Assembly: GCA_036495935.1 (NCBI GenBank) | Contig: DASXLX010000054.1 | Location: 23,464 to 87,463, forward strand | Direction: 5' to 3' | Length of the DNA stretch: 64,000 nt | From: Candidatus Aquirickettsiella sp. | GTDB taxonomy: Bacteria; Pseudomonadota; Gammaproteobacteria; Diplorickettsiales; Diplorickettsiaceae | Part shown: positions 9,845 through 20,047 of the stretch, piece after piece | Numbering within the stretch: the first letter of the stretch is position 1 | How the letters are laid out: every line of letters starts with the position of its first letter | Made by a program: the position numbers and the translations under genes | Notes under the pieces: model-generated | What the model saw: only the letters and a program-made list of their open reading frames with translations | Database searches by the model: none | Told to the model about the DNA's origin: nothing

Positions 9845-11032
9845 ATGAATATTAAACAATTCGGCGGTATTTTATTAATTACTGGCAATGCCATAGGTGG
9901 CGGGATGTTAGCTTTACCTCTTGCAACTGCTCAAGTAGGCTTTTTAGATTCGTCACTTTTTTTGATTATTTGTTGGGGTATTATGCTAGCCGGAGGGTTG
10001 CTCATTTTAGAAATAAATCTTTGGTTCCCTCCTAATAGTCATTTAATATCCATGGCACGTGCAACTTTGGGAGTTCCAGGCGAGATCATTGCCTGGTTAT
10101 GTTATTTATTATTGCTATATGCTTTGCTAGCAGCGTATATCGCAGGTGGTTCAGATTTTTTACAAGGTATCTTACAGAAAATAAATTTCCATTTTTCAAC
10201 AATTGTTACAACTATTTTATTTGTACTGTGCTTAGGCCCTATTGTTTACAAAGGAATGCATTCTGTGGATTTAATGAATCGAATTCTAATGGGAGGAAAA
10301 TTACTTATTTTTTTTCTCCTTATATTATTTTTATTTCCTTTTATATCTGCCAAACAATTAGCGCAGGGTAGTATACATTACTTACCAAATAGCCTTACTA
10401 TCATTATTACATCGTTTGGCTTTGCCGCCATTATTCCAAGTTTACGCAGTTATTTTCATAGTAATGTTAAACAATTACGTCAAGTCATTATTTTAGGTAG
10501 TTTAATCCCACTTATTTGTTATATTTTCTGGAATGGAGCTATTATGGGAGTTATTTCTATCAATAAACTTTTAACAATTGCCCAGTCCAGCCAATCTACT
10601 AATCATCTAACCAACACATTGAGCCATTTACTAAACAAAAATAGCATTACTTTATTTGCTTGGATTTTTACATCCATTTGTTTAGCAACTTCTTTTTTAG
10701 GTGTCAGTATTAGTTTATTTGATTTCTTACTTGATGGTTTAGCGTTGAGCCAAACCGAAAAAAATAAATTTATCGTGTATTTACTTACATTCTTACCTCC
10801 TTTAATGGTTGTTTTGTTTTATCCCGCTTCATTTATGCTGGCATTGAATTATGCTGGTATATGGTGTGCTGTTTTGCTGGCTTTGCTTCCCGCACTAATG
10901 GCTTGGTCTGGGCGTTACCGACAACAGATTAATGCCCCCTATCGCGTAATGGGCGGAAAAAAATTATTATGTTTGCTGATCCTGTGCTCCTTTATTATTA
11001 TTGCGCATGCGATTATAGTTGATGTTTTTTAA
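9845..11032 (+). CDS. Aromatic amino acid permease, TyrP/Mtr/TnaB (HAAAP) family, copy 2 (tandem paralog)
   Basis: 395 aa. Long collinear identical blocks with copy 1 (LLLLYALLAAYIAGGSDFLQ, ITSFGFA.IIPSLRSYF). Confidence 0.8.
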   Translation: MNIKQFGGILLITGNAIGGGMLALPLATAQVGFLDSSLFLIICWGIMLAGGLLILEINLWFPPNSHLISMARATLGVPGEIIAWLCYLLLLYALLAAYIAGGSDFLQGILQKINFHFSTIVTTILFVLCLGPIVYKGMHSVDLMNRILMGGKLLIFFLLILFLFPFISAKQLAQGSIHYLPNSLTIIITSFGFAAIIPSLRSYFHSNVKQLRQVIILGSLIPLICYIFWNGAIMGVISINKLLTIAQSSQSTNHLTNTLSHLLNKNSITLFAWIFTSICLATSFLGVSISLFDFLLDGLALSQTEKNKFIVYLLTFLPPLMVVLFYPASFMLALNYAGIWCAVLLALLPALMAWSGRYRQQINAPYRVMGGKKLLCLLILCSFIIIAHAIIVDVF

Positions 11033-11034
11033 TT

Positions 11035-11162
11035 TATACTCTTCGCACTTGGATTTTTGTCTGCGTTGCCGTTCAACTCGCAATCCTCATGTATCTTGAA
11101 TACACTCTGGTTGCTTCCACTACACGAGCCCGCTCTCAAAAAATCCCATTGCTGTGAGTATA
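11035..11162. repeat. Family A MITE-like element, full-length copy (A1, 128 bp)
   Basis: Imperfect ~30-bp terminal inverted repeats: tatactcttcgcacttggatttttg... and ...caaaaaatcccattgctgtgagtata. Reverse complement is ~80% identical by eye to 19921..20044. TA flanks both ends. Confidence 0.8.
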
Positions 11163-11224
11163 TTTAAATTGTATTTTTTGAGTTTTGAAATATTTCTGAT
11201 AATGGGGTAAATAGGAAATTTTAA

Positions 11225-13225
11225 ATGTCTTACCAAAAAAAATATGCGGATGCGATTCGATTTCTAAGCATAGATGCCGTGGAAAAAGCCAAATCAGGTC
11301 ATCCTGGCATGCCCATGGGCATGGCTGATATTGCAACTGTTTTATGGAGAGAATTTTTAATTCATGATCCCAATAATCCAAACTGGAGTAATCGCGACCG
11401 CTTTATTTTATCCAATGGTCATGGATCGATGCTACATTATGCGCTACTTCATTTGACCGGCTATAATCTTTCATTAGACGAAATTAAAAGATTTCGTCAA
11501 TTACATTCAAAAACACCTGGACATCCTGAAGTTGATTTAACTCCTGGTATAGAAACAACAACTGGACCTCTCGGTCAAGGATTTGCGAATGCAGTGGGTA
11601 TGGCCTTAGCCGAAAAAAATTTAGCCGCTCATTTTAATCGTCCTTCTCACGCCATTATCGATCATTTTACTTATGTATTCTTGGGTGATGGCTGTTTGAT
11701 GGAAGGCATTTCTCATGAAGCTGCTTCTTTGGCAGGATGTTTAGGTTTAGGTAAATTAATTGCTTTTTGGGATAATAATAACATTTCTATTGATGGTAAT
11801 GTTTCAGGCTGGTTTAAAGATAATACCCCTGAACGTTTTAAAGCTTATCATTGGCATGTTATTTCTGATATTGATGGCCATGATCCTACGCAAATTAAAA
11901 TAGCTATAGAAAATGCTCGTGCTGTTACCGATAAGCCAAGCTTACTTTGCTGTAAAACCAAAATTGCATTTGGCGCCCCTAATTTAGTTAACAGCCATCA
12001 AGCACATGGAGCCGCATTAGGCGAAAAAGAAGTTGCCGCCACCAGACTGGCATTACATTGGAATTATCCGCCTTTTGAAATACCAGAAGATATTTATCAA
12101 GCATGGGATGCTCGCTCTAAAGGAAAAGCTTTAACAAAAACTTGGGAAGAAAAATGGAATGTCTATCAAACAGCGTTTCCGGAGCTCGCCAAAGAATATC
12201 AACGTAGAATTAATCGAAAATTACCTTCAAATTGGGAAGAAAAAACCAAAAAAATTATAGAGGATGTTTACAAAAACCCTACAGAAAAAATAGCCACACG
12301 TAAAGCCTCGCAAAATGCAATAAATGTCCTTGCCCCGCTTTTACCTGAATTGTTGGGTGGATCTGCAGACCTCACAGAATCTAATTCTACCCTTTGGAAA
12401 GGCTCTATAGTTTTAACTAAAAAAAACCCATCAGGTAATTATATTCACTATGGCGTGCGAGAATTCGGTATGTCCGCCATGATGAACGGCATAGCCCTCC
12501 ATGGAGGATTCATTCCTTATGGAGGAACTTTTTTAGTCTTTAGTGATTATGCACGCAACGCAGTTCGTTTATCTGCGTTAATGAAACAGCATGTAATCTT
12601 TATTTATACTCACGATTCGATCGGGCTAGGAGAAGACGGTCCAACACATCAACCTATTGAACATATCAATAGTTTAAGGCTTATACCAAATCTTTCGGTT
12701 TGGCGGCCTTGTGACGCACTAGAAACCACAATTGCCTGGCAACAAGCTATACAACATTTAGGGCCCACTTGTTTATTACTCACTCGACAAGCTATACCCT
12801 CGCAAACCCACAACCAAGAAACTTTACAATCTATCCATCGTGGCGCTTATATTCTTTTGGATAGTCCATCAACACCGGAAGCCATTATCATTGCAACAGG
12901 CTCTGAAGTCAGTTTAGCTATGAGTGCTGCACAATCTTTAAATCAACAAGGCAGACAAATCAGAGTGGTATCTATGCCTTCTGCTGATCGTTTTGAACAA
13001 CAAGATTTAGCCTATAAAGCTAAAATTTTGCCTAATTCGATTACATTACGCCTCGCTATTGAAGCAGGAACTAAAGATTTTTGGTACCGATATGTAGGTA
13101 ATAAAGGTAAAGTGATCGGACTTAACCAGTTCGGCGAATCTGCACCGGGTACTGAAGTTTTTAAAAATTTTGGGTTTACTACTGAAAATGTTATTAAAAC
13201 ACTAAATCAATTATTAACCGATTAA
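11225..13225 (+). CDS. tkt: Transketolase
   Basis: 666 aa. [43 protein letters not shown]. Confidence 0.95.
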   Translation: MSYQKKYADAIRFLSIDAVEKAKSGHPGMPMGMADIATVLWREFLIHDPNNPNWSNRDRFILSNGHGSMLHYALLHLTGYNLSLDEIKRFRQLHSKTPGHPEVDLTPGIETTTGPLGQGFANAVGMALAEKNLAAHFNRPSHAIIDHFTYVFLGDGCLMEGISHEAASLAGCLGLGKLIAFWDNNNISIDGNVSGWFKDNTPERFKAYHWHVISDIDGHDPTQIKIAIENARAVTDKPSLLCCKTKIAFGAPNLVNSHQAHGAALGEKEVAATRLALHWNYPPFEIPEDIYQAWDARSKGKALTKTWEEKWNVYQTAFPELAKEYQRRINRKLPSNWEEKTKKIIEDVYKNPTEKIATRKASQNAINVLAPLLPELLGGSADLTESNSTLWKGSIVLTKKNPSGNYIHYGVREFGMSAMMNGIALHGGFIPYGGTFLVFSDYARNAVRLSALMKQHVIFIYTHDSIGLGEDGPTHQPIEHINSLRLIPNLSVWRPCDALETTIAWQQAIQHLGPTCLLLTRQAIPSQTHNQETLQSIHRGAYILLDSPSTPEAIIIATGSEVSLAMSAAQSLNQQGRQIRVVSMPSADRFEQQDLAYKAKILPNSITLRLAIEAGTKDFWYRYVGNKGKVIGLNQFGESAPGTEVFKNFGFTTENVIKTLNQLLTD

Positions 13226-13239
13226 ACTAGGGGAGCATT

Positions 13240-14253
13240 ATGACAATACGTATCGCTATTAATGGTTATGGTCGTATCGGCCGTAATATTTTAAGAGCTT
13301 TTTTTGAAAATTCTAAGCAGCATGATATAGAAATTATAGCAATAAATGACTTAGGTAATATCGAAATTAATGCTCACCTAACCCGCTATGATACTACTCA
13401 TGGTAAATTTAAAGGAACCATAGACATCGATAAAGATTATTTAATTGTCAATAACCAGCGGATAAAAATTTTCTCAGAACGGGATCCAGAAAATCTACCT
13501 TGGAAAGAATTAGATATTGATGTTGCTCATGAATGTACTGGTCTGTTCACTTCACCAGAGAAAGCTGGGAAACATATCAAAGCAGGGGCAAAAAAAGTTA
13601 TTATTTCCGCTCCCGCTGGTAATGGGGTTGATGCTACTATTGTTTATGGGGTTAATCACCACACCTTAAAAAGTAGCGATACCATTATTTCTAATGCTTC
13701 TTGCACCACCAATTGTCTAGCTCCTCTAGCTAAAGCTTTACATGAAAATTTAGGGATTATTCAGGGTTTAATGACTACTATTCATGCTTATACTAACGAT
13801 CAAGTGCTTATCGACACTTATCACCCCGATATGTATCGGGCACGATCCGCAACTCATTCTATGATCCCTGCTAAAACAGGAGCAGCTTCGGCACTCGGTT
13901 TAGTGCTACCCGAACTAGCCGGAAAACTTGATGGTTTAGCTATACGCGTTCCTACGATAAATGTGTCTTTAGTCGATTTAAGTTTTCAAGCAAAACGCAT
14001 AACGACCGCAAAAGAAATAAATGAAATCTTAAAAAAAGCCTCTGAAAGTAGCTCGCTCAAAGGTTTGCTTAATTACAGTGAAGAACCCCTCGTTTCTATA
14101 GATTACAATCACAATCCAGCATCTTCCACTGTAGATGCAAATCAAACTCGTGTTATTGGCGATTTTGTTAAGGTTCTTGCTTGGTATGACAATGAATGGG
14201 GATTTTCTAATCGGATGCTGGATGTTACCACTGCATTAATGGATGCCGCTTAA
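13240..14253 (+). CDS. gap: Glyceraldehyde-3-phosphate dehydrogenase
   Basis: INGYGRIGR and active site [21 protein letters not shown]. Confidence 0.95.
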   Translation: MTIRIAINGYGRIGRNILRAFFENSKQHDIEIIAINDLGNIEINAHLTRYDTTHGKFKGTIDIDKDYLIVNNQRIKIFSERDPENLPWKELDIDVAHECTGLFTSPEKAGKHIKAGAKKVIISAPAGNGVDATIVYGVNHHTLKSSDTIISNASCTTNCLAPLAKALHENLGIIQGLMTTIHAYTNDQVLIDTYHPDMYRARSATHSMIPAKTGAASALGLVLPELAGKLDGLAIRVPTINVSLVDLSFQAKRITTAKEINEILKKASESSSLKGLLNYSEEPLVSIDYNHNPASSTVDANQTRVIGDFVKVLAWYDNEWGFSNRMLDVTTALMDAA

Positions 14254-14442
14254 TTTATCGGTAAAAATGATATTTTAAACATACATATGGGCTCGAAAAT
14301 TAACTGGTTATGAGAAGGACTTTGAAGCTAAAACCCGAGAAATTAAGGGAAAAGCTATACTTTTATCGGAAATATAGTATAGATATAGCCAAATAATGTT
14401 ATAGTATTAGGTTCAATTTCGTTCAATTAATAGAGAATTCAT

Positions 14443-14688
14443 ATGGCACGCATAACTGTGGAAGATTGTTTAAAGAAAATTAAAAATCATTTTGAATTAG
14501 TCATCCTAGCCTCGAAACGGGCCAGACAAATTGCTAAAGGCGGCATGGCCATGGTTGATCCCGAAAACGACAAACCTACGGTGATAGCCTTAAGAGAAAT
14601 CGCTGATGGAAAACTCAATGAAGCAGGAGAAAAATCAAATGCAGAAATTGGCGGCGGCATAAGTGGATCACAATCTATGGGCTTTTAA
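14443..14688 (+). CDS. rpoZ: DNA-directed RNA polymerase omega subunit
   Basis: [10 protein letters not shown]...[14 protein letters not shown]. Directly upstream of spoT. Confidence 0.9.
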   Translation: MARITVEDCLKKIKNHFELVILASKRARQIAKGGMAMVDPENDKPTVIALREIADGKLNEAGEKSNAEIGGGISGSQSMGF

Positions 14689-14706
14689 AAAACCGGGGGC
14701 GCTTGC

Positions 14707-16824
14707 ATGCACATGTTTAGTGACCTCAAACAAGAACTACAAGCCTATCTATCCCCTCAGCAAATAAAACAAGTTTATAACGCTTATCAATTTGCTGCTA
14801 GGGCCCATTCTGGCCAAAAACGCCATAGTGGAGATCCTTACATTAGCCATCCAATTGCGGTTGCTAAAATTCTCGCTCAAATGCGCATGGATGTTCAAAC
14901 CATAAACGTTGCAATTTTACATGATGTAATTGAAGACACTCCTATTGAAAAAACTGTTTTAACTACGACATTTGGCAATGAAATAGCAGAACTTGTTGAT
15001 GGGATGAGTAAACTAACCCAAATTCAATTCCAAAGTCGCGCTGAAGCTCAAGCAGAAAATTTTCGTAAAATGCTGCTAGCCATGGCAAAAGATATCCGCA
15101 TCATTATCATAAAATTAGCTGATCGTTTGCATAATATGCGCACATTATCTGCAGTTCCTGCAGAAAAACGTCATCGTATTGCTAAAGAAACATTAGATAT
15201 TTACGCCCCTATCGCACAACGATTAGGTATGCATATAGTACGCATAGAATTAGAAGATCTTTGTTTTTTAAATCTATATCCATGGCGGTATCGAATATTA
15301 CAAGAAACGGTACAAAAAAATCGTCGCAAGCATAAAACAAGTATCCATAAAATAGAATCCGCTTTAAAAGAGTGTTTGGACAAACATCATTTACCTTTTC
15401 ATACTATTTGGCATAAAAAAAAGCATCTTTATCAAATTTATAAAAAAATGCGGGAAAATCATTTAGCCTTCAATGAGATCATTGATGTCCCTATTTTTTG
15501 TATTATTGTAGATAATATTGATAGTTGCTATCGCGTATTGGGTGCTGTGCATAACCTTTATAAACCTCTGCCGGATCATTTCCATGACTATATTGCACTT
15601 CCTAAAGCGAATGGTTATCAAGCATTACATACTACTTTATTTGGCCCTGCTGCCACTTCAATTCACATACAAATTCGTACGACTATGATGGATAATGGTG
15701 CTGATCACGGTATTGTAAGTTACTGGTTAGAAGAAAAAACTAAAGCTAACGAACTCCGTCCACATTTACGAGCACGCGAATGGCTTAAACGTTTACTTGA
15801 TATTCAACAAACGACTCCTAGTTCCTTAGAATTTATGGAGACAGTTAAAATCGACCTTTTTCCCACGGATATATATATCTTTACTCCTAAAGGTGACATC
15901 ATTGAACTTCCTCACAAAGCAACTTTGATCGATTTTGCTTATGCAATCCATTCTGATATTGGGAACCATTGTATTGCAGCTAAAATTGATAAGCATCTAG
16001 TACCACTCAGCACCCACCTACAAAGTGGTCAAACAGTAGAAATCATAACTGATCAGAAAACTTTTCCTGATTCACGCTGGTTAGAGTTTGTAGCAACGGG
16101 ACGCGCTCGTAGTCATATCAGACAATTTTTCAAAAATAAGCAACATAATGAAGCAGTACAATTAGGCCAGCGCCTGCTGGACAACAATTTAACTCCTTTA
16201 GGACAGGATAGTACAAATATCAACTCTAAAAACTTAAGTAAGACCTTACAAAAGTTTCAATACGATTCTTTGGAAAACTTACTCGAAGCTATTGGACTCG
16301 GTTATATACACCCTGTTTTAGTCGCTTATTCATTATGTAGTTTGAAACCCAATTTTAAAAATCAAATTAATTCATTGCCATTGTTTCTTAAAAATGCAGA
16401 TAATGGTTTAATCAAGTTTGCCGAGTGTTGCCGACCCATCCCAGGCGATGAAATTATAGGTTTACTCAATGCCGGGCATGGTCTTACTGTGCATTTACAA
16501 CGATGTAAATATGCAGCGCGACTTATTAAAAAAAATCCTGAACGCGCCATTTCCATACAATGGGAAAAACAAACTAACGGTTTTTTTAAAACTGATATTT
16601 ATATTGAAACTATTAATCAACACGGCGTATTAGCATTATTAACACATAATATTGCTAAAGCCGATGCTAATATTGAAAATATTAAAGTAGAAAGTCGCGA
16701 TAGAAAACATAGTATTATTCATTTTACTTTATCAGTATTCAATCGCAAACATTTAGCCAAAGTCATCCGTTTTTTACGCACAATCCAATGTATAATAAAA
16801 ATTAGTCGTCATCTTTCATTATAA
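14707..16824 (+). CDS. spoT: Bifunctional (p)ppGpp synthetase/hydrolase SpoT/RelA family
   Basis: 705 aa. HD hydrolase motif (SHPIAVA...LHDVIEDT), synthetase, TGS and ACT-like regions. rpoZ-spoT synteny. Confidence 0.9.
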   Translation: MHMFSDLKQELQAYLSPQQIKQVYNAYQFAARAHSGQKRHSGDPYISHPIAVAKILAQMRMDVQTINVAILHDVIEDTPIEKTVLTTTFGNEIAELVDGMSKLTQIQFQSRAEAQAENFRKMLLAMAKDIRIIIIKLADRLHNMRTLSAVPAEKRHRIAKETLDIYAPIAQRLGMHIVRIELEDLCFLNLYPWRYRILQETVQKNRRKHKTSIHKIESALKECLDKHHLPFHTIWHKKKHLYQIYKKMRENHLAFNEIIDVPIFCIIVDNIDSCYRVLGAVHNLYKPLPDHFHDYIALPKANGYQALHTTLFGPAATSIHIQIRTTMMDNGADHGIVSYWLEEKTKANELRPHLRAREWLKRLLDIQQTTPSSLEFMETVKIDLFPTDIYIFTPKGDIIELPHKATLIDFAYAIHSDIGNHCIAAKIDKHLVPLSTHLQSGQTVEIITDQKTFPDSRWLEFVATGRARSHIRQFFKNKQHNEAVQLGQRLLDNNLTPLGQDSTNINSKNLSKTLQKFQYDSLENLLEAIGLGYIHPVLVAYSLCSLKPNFKNQINSLPLFLKNADNGLIKFAECCRPIPGDEIIGLLNAGHGLTVHLQRCKYAARLIKKNPERAISIQWEKQTNGFFKTDIYIETINQHGVLALLTHNIAKADANIENIKVESRDRKHSIIHFTLSVFNRKHLAKVIRFLRTIQCIIKISRHLSL

Positions 16825-16858
16825 AAAATTATCCTAAATTTTACTAACAATCAAAAAT

Positions 16859-17629
16859 TCAAATGTGAAGACTAATAGAAAAAGCATCGATTAGCCTAAT
16901 ATCTCCCACGTAAATTGCTGCTAAACGCCTCCCCCAATGATCCGCAACGTAATCGACCTTAAACCCTATGTTTTTTAATTGCTTCTCAGCAGCTTCTGAG
17001 TTTGGAGCTTGTTTTAAAATTGTTGGAAAATGACTCGCTTTCGCGCGTTGCTCTAAACTCAAGCGAGTATTCCTCGAACTTAAAGCTAAACCATCTGTTG
17101 CACGAATTATTGAACAACCAACGATTTCTGTTTCCAAAAAAAGTGCTCGAGCCATTTTTTTGATGAGTAATAATTGTTGATAATCTTTTTCGCCATAATA
17201 TGCATGGGTCGGTCTTACAATATTCAGATATTTTAACACCACTGTTAACATCCCAATAAAATGCCCAGGACGAAATTTTGCTTCTAATTCTTTGCTTAGA
17301 TCACTGGTATCATGAATTTGAATTTGATAATTATCAGCATAAATAGTTTCAGAATCTAACAATAACAAATAATCTACTTTCTGTTTGCTTAGTAAAACAA
17401 TATCTTCATCTAAACTACGTGGATAATGTATAAAATCCTCTATTTGATTAAATTGCTTAGCATTTACAAAAATAGCTACTATAGTCAAATCATTTTCAGC
17501 CTGAGAACGAGCACAAAGACTTAAATGTCCTGCATGCAAATGACCCATGGTATGAATAAATCCTATATTTTTATTATTATTTTTTTTCCTTATGGTTTGC
17601 CAATCTTCAAGATTAGTAACTATGTTCAT
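16859..17629 (-). CDS. panC: Pantoate--beta-alanine ligase
   Basis: 256 aa. HxGH motif (MGHLHAGHLSL). Overlaps the panB stop. Confidence 0.9.
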   Translation of the reverse strand: MNIVTNLEDWQTIRKKNNNKNIGFIHTMGHLHAGHLSLCARSQAENDLTIVAIFVNAKQFNQIEDFIHYPRSLDEDIVLLSKQKVDYLLLLDSETIYADNYQIQIHDTSDLSKELEAKFRPGHFIGMLTVVLKYLNIVRPTHAYYGEKDYQQLLLIKKMARALFLETEIVGCSIIRATDGLALSSRNTRLSLEQRAKASHFPTILKQAPNSEAAEKQLKNIGFKVDYVADHWGRRLAAIYVGDIRLIDAFSISLHI

Positions 17630-18398
17630 AACCAGGAAATTCTTTGTGTTTAACAGAATGACTATAGTGATCGATTGCTTTTCGAATTAACTGATTACCA
17701 TTAAGAAAGTGGTTAACAAATTTTGGTTTGAAATCTAGATTGAGTCCTAATAAATCTTGCAAGACTAAAACCTGACCGTCAGTATCAACACCAGCTCCTA
17801 TACCAATTGTTGAAATTTTTAGGGAAGTTGTTATTTCTTTTGCCAGTTGTGCTGGAATACACTCGAGAACTATGGCAAAACAACCCGCTTGCTCTAAAGC
17901 AAAGGCATCTTCTTTAAGTCGCTCTGCCTGCATATGAGTTTTTCCCTGAACTTTATATCCACCTAAACTATGCACAAACTGGGGAGTTAAACCTAGATGA
18001 CCCATAACTGGAATACCTGATTCGACTAAATGCTTTATCAAGGAAAGATTTCCTGCTGCACCTTCTAATTTAACAGCTTGTGCGCCTGCTTGCATAAGCT
18101 TTTGTACAGCGATGACACTATGACTTAATGATCGGCGATAACTTAAAAAAGGAAGATCGGTAATGAGAAATTTAGAAGGAGCACCTCGGCATACCGCAGC
18201 AGTATGAAGTTCCATTATAGCCATTGTAGCCATAACGGTATCTTTAAACCCATGCATAGTCATGGCAAGACTATCACCAATTAATAAGGCATCTAACGAA
18301 GAATCATTAAGGATTTTTGCGATACTATAATCATAACAAGTTAAGATTACGATTTTTTCTTTAGTTATTTTTTTTTTAGTAAATTCTAAAACGTTCAT
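17613..18398 (-). CDS. panB: 3-methyl-2-oxobutanoate hydroxymethyltransferase
   Basis: 261 aa. LTCYDYS..LIGDSLAMTMHG..VKLEG pattern. Confidence 0.9.
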   Translation of the reverse strand: MNVLEFTKKKITKEKIVILTCYDYSIAKILNDSSLDALLIGDSLAMTMHGFKDTVMATMAIMELHTAAVCRGAPSKFLITDLPFLSYRRSLSHSVIAVQKLMQAGAQAVKLEGAAGNLSLIKHLVESGIPVMGHLGLTPQFVHSLGGYKVQGKTHMQAERLKEDAFALEQAGCFAIVLECIPAQLAKEITTSLKISTIGIGAGVDTDGQVLVLQDLLGLNLDFKPKFVNHFLNGNQLIRKAIDHYSHSVKHKEFPGYEHSY

Positions 18399-18656
18399 GC
18401 GCTAGTCACCAAAAAGAGATAACAATAGCGTTGAACATTAGGTACCTGTCGCATGATCAAGTCCTCATTGCTTTTTGAAAAATTACTGTCTCCTTTCACC
18501 AGGAATAGGAGCAAAGGCATAGTTTAAAGTGCTAATGTCCAATTATCAAGCAATTCGTCTATTAGTTGTATTTTTGGAAATGATCGTAGGATCAAAAAAG
18601 TATTTCTTGCATTGCATTTTGCAACTATTAAAGAAATAAAAAGAATATTAAGAGAA

Positions 18657-19859
18657 TTAGCATTTTTCAGTATTATGCATATGATTCGCCACTATTTGCA
18701 GTAATTGTTGGGCTATTAATTGTTTAGGTGCACGCGCTAAGTGGATAGGCACATCAGAAGACAATACAGTTACTTCATTTTTATCACTATCAAAACCAAT
18801 ATCCACTTGACTAACATCATTAACCACCATTAAATCTATGTTTTTACTCCTCCGCTTCTCTTCAGCAAATTTTAAGGTATATTCAGTTTCTGCAGCAAAG
18901 CCAACCAATAAAGGTTTAGCTTCTAAGTTCATTTGACTGACAGTATTCAAAATGTCAATGGTAGGTTTTAGTTGTAAAGTTAACGGTGCATTCGATTTTT
19001 TAATTTTGTGTAACGCTGGATTTACAACTTGATAATCTGCGACAGCAGCACTACTTATAAAAACCGTCTGTTGACTAATTTCCTGCTCAACAGCCGATAG
19101 CATTTCACTGGCAGTCTTCACTGATATAAATTTCAATTTCCTTGGAGGTGTTAAAGTGACAGGTCCACTAATGAGTGTAACTTCAGCACCCGCTTCTATG
19201 GCAGCCTGGGCTAAAGCAAATCCCATCTTACCCGAACTCCGATTTGATAAATAGCGCACGGGATCGATGCATTCTTGAGTCGGACCTGCAGTAATTAAAA
19301 TTCTTTGGTTGCGTAAGTAGGGTTTGATAAATACTTTTGATAAAGAGTCCACTATCTCTAAAGGTTCCAGCATGCGCCCTAAACCAAACTCTCCACAGGC
19401 TTGACTCCCTTCTCCAGGCCCTATAAATAAATAATCCCTTTCTTTAAGCGTATTAACGTTATCTTGCGTTGCTCGATTAAACCACATCGTTTGATTCATC
19501 GCAGGTACAATAATTAAACGTGTGTTGGACGCCAAACATAATGTACTCAATAAGTCATCAGCAAAACCGTGAGCTAATTTAGCAATCACATGCGCTGTAG
19601 CAGGAGCTATCAAAATACAATCGGGCCATCGTGCAAGATCAATATGACTCATTGCAGCTTCAGCTTCAACATCTATAAGTTCTTCATATATTTTATGTTG
19701 TGAAACTGTTTGCAGTGTCAAAGGTGTTACAAAAGCTTTGCCACAAGAAGTTAAAACAACTCTAATATCATGATGTTGTTCTTTGAATTTTCTAATAAGT
19801 TCCGGAGTTTTATAAGCAGCAATACTGCCTGTAATACCCAATAATATGCGTTTGTTCAT
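18657..19859 (-). CDS. coaBC: Bifunctional phosphopantothenoylcysteine decarboxylase / phosphopantothenate-cysteine ligase
   Basis: 400 aa. N-terminal flavoprotein LGITGSIAAYK and C-terminal CoaB domain. Confidence 0.9.
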   Translation of the reverse strand: MNKRILLGITGSIAAYKTPELIRKFKEQHHDIRVVLTSCGKAFVTPLTLQTVSQHKIYEELIDVEAEAAMSHIDLARWPDCILIAPATAHVIAKLAHGFADDLLSTLCLASNTRLIIVPAMNQTMWFNRATQDNVNTLKERDYLFIGPGEGSQACGEFGLGRMLEPLEIVDSLSKVFIKPYLRNQRILITAGPTQECIDPVRYLSNRSSGKMGFALAQAAIEAGAEVTLISGPVTLTPPRKLKFISVKTASEMLSAVEQEISQQTVFISSAAVADYQVVNPALHKIKKSNAPLTLQLKPTIDILNTVSQMNLEAKPLLVGFAAETEYTLKFAEEKRRSKNIDLMVVNDVSQVDIGFDSDKNEVTVLSSDVPIHLARAPKQLIAQQLLQIVANHMHNTEKC

Positions 19860-19873
19860 TGGCTTAGAATAAC

Positions 19874-19905
19874 AAAAAGGGGCATTAAAAGTAATGCCCC
19901 TTTTT
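19874..19905 (-). terminator. Rho-independent (bidirectional-looking) terminator
   Basis: aaaaa-GGGGCATTA-aaag-TAATGCCCC-ttttt: 9-bp stem flanked by an A-run and a T-run. Lies downstream of the OMP gene at 20048 with MITE A2 in between. Confidence 0.75.
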
Positions 19906-19920
19906 ATAGCATTTTAATTT

Positions 19921-20044
19921 TTACTCACAGCAAATTGGATTTTTTAGAATGGACCGCGTAGTAAAGCAACCAGAATGTATTCAAAATACATGGGATTGTG
20001 AATTGAACGGCAACACAGTCCAAAACTCAAGTGCGCAGAGTATA
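19921..20044. repeat. Family A MITE-like element, full-length copy in inverse orientation (A2, 124 bp)
   Basis: ttactcacagcaaattggatttttt...caagtgcgcagagtata matches the reverse complement of A1 along its whole length. Ends 3 nt from the OMP stop codon (20048-20050). Confidence 0.8.
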
Positions 20045-20047
20045 TTT

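Noticed and set aside
11136-11381. Track ORF 11136..11381 (minus), 81 aa
   Set aside because: It runs antisense across the 5' end of tkt and into MITE A1. The tkt frame is unambiguous.
14254-14442. Hidden pgk or gmk pseudogene between gap and rpoZ
   Set aside because: Translating the three forward frames by eye gives only short stop-ridden peptides with no Pgk or Gmk N-terminal motif. It is treated as plain intergenic DNA and reported only as a synteny breakpoint.
18399-18656. Riboswitch, sRNA or leader peptide in the 258-nt coaBC-panB spacer
   Set aside because: Only a weak hairpin (CTCCT-n12-AGGAG) and an 11-codon ORF without an RBS were seen. There is no recognisable conserved motif, so the evidence is insufficient.
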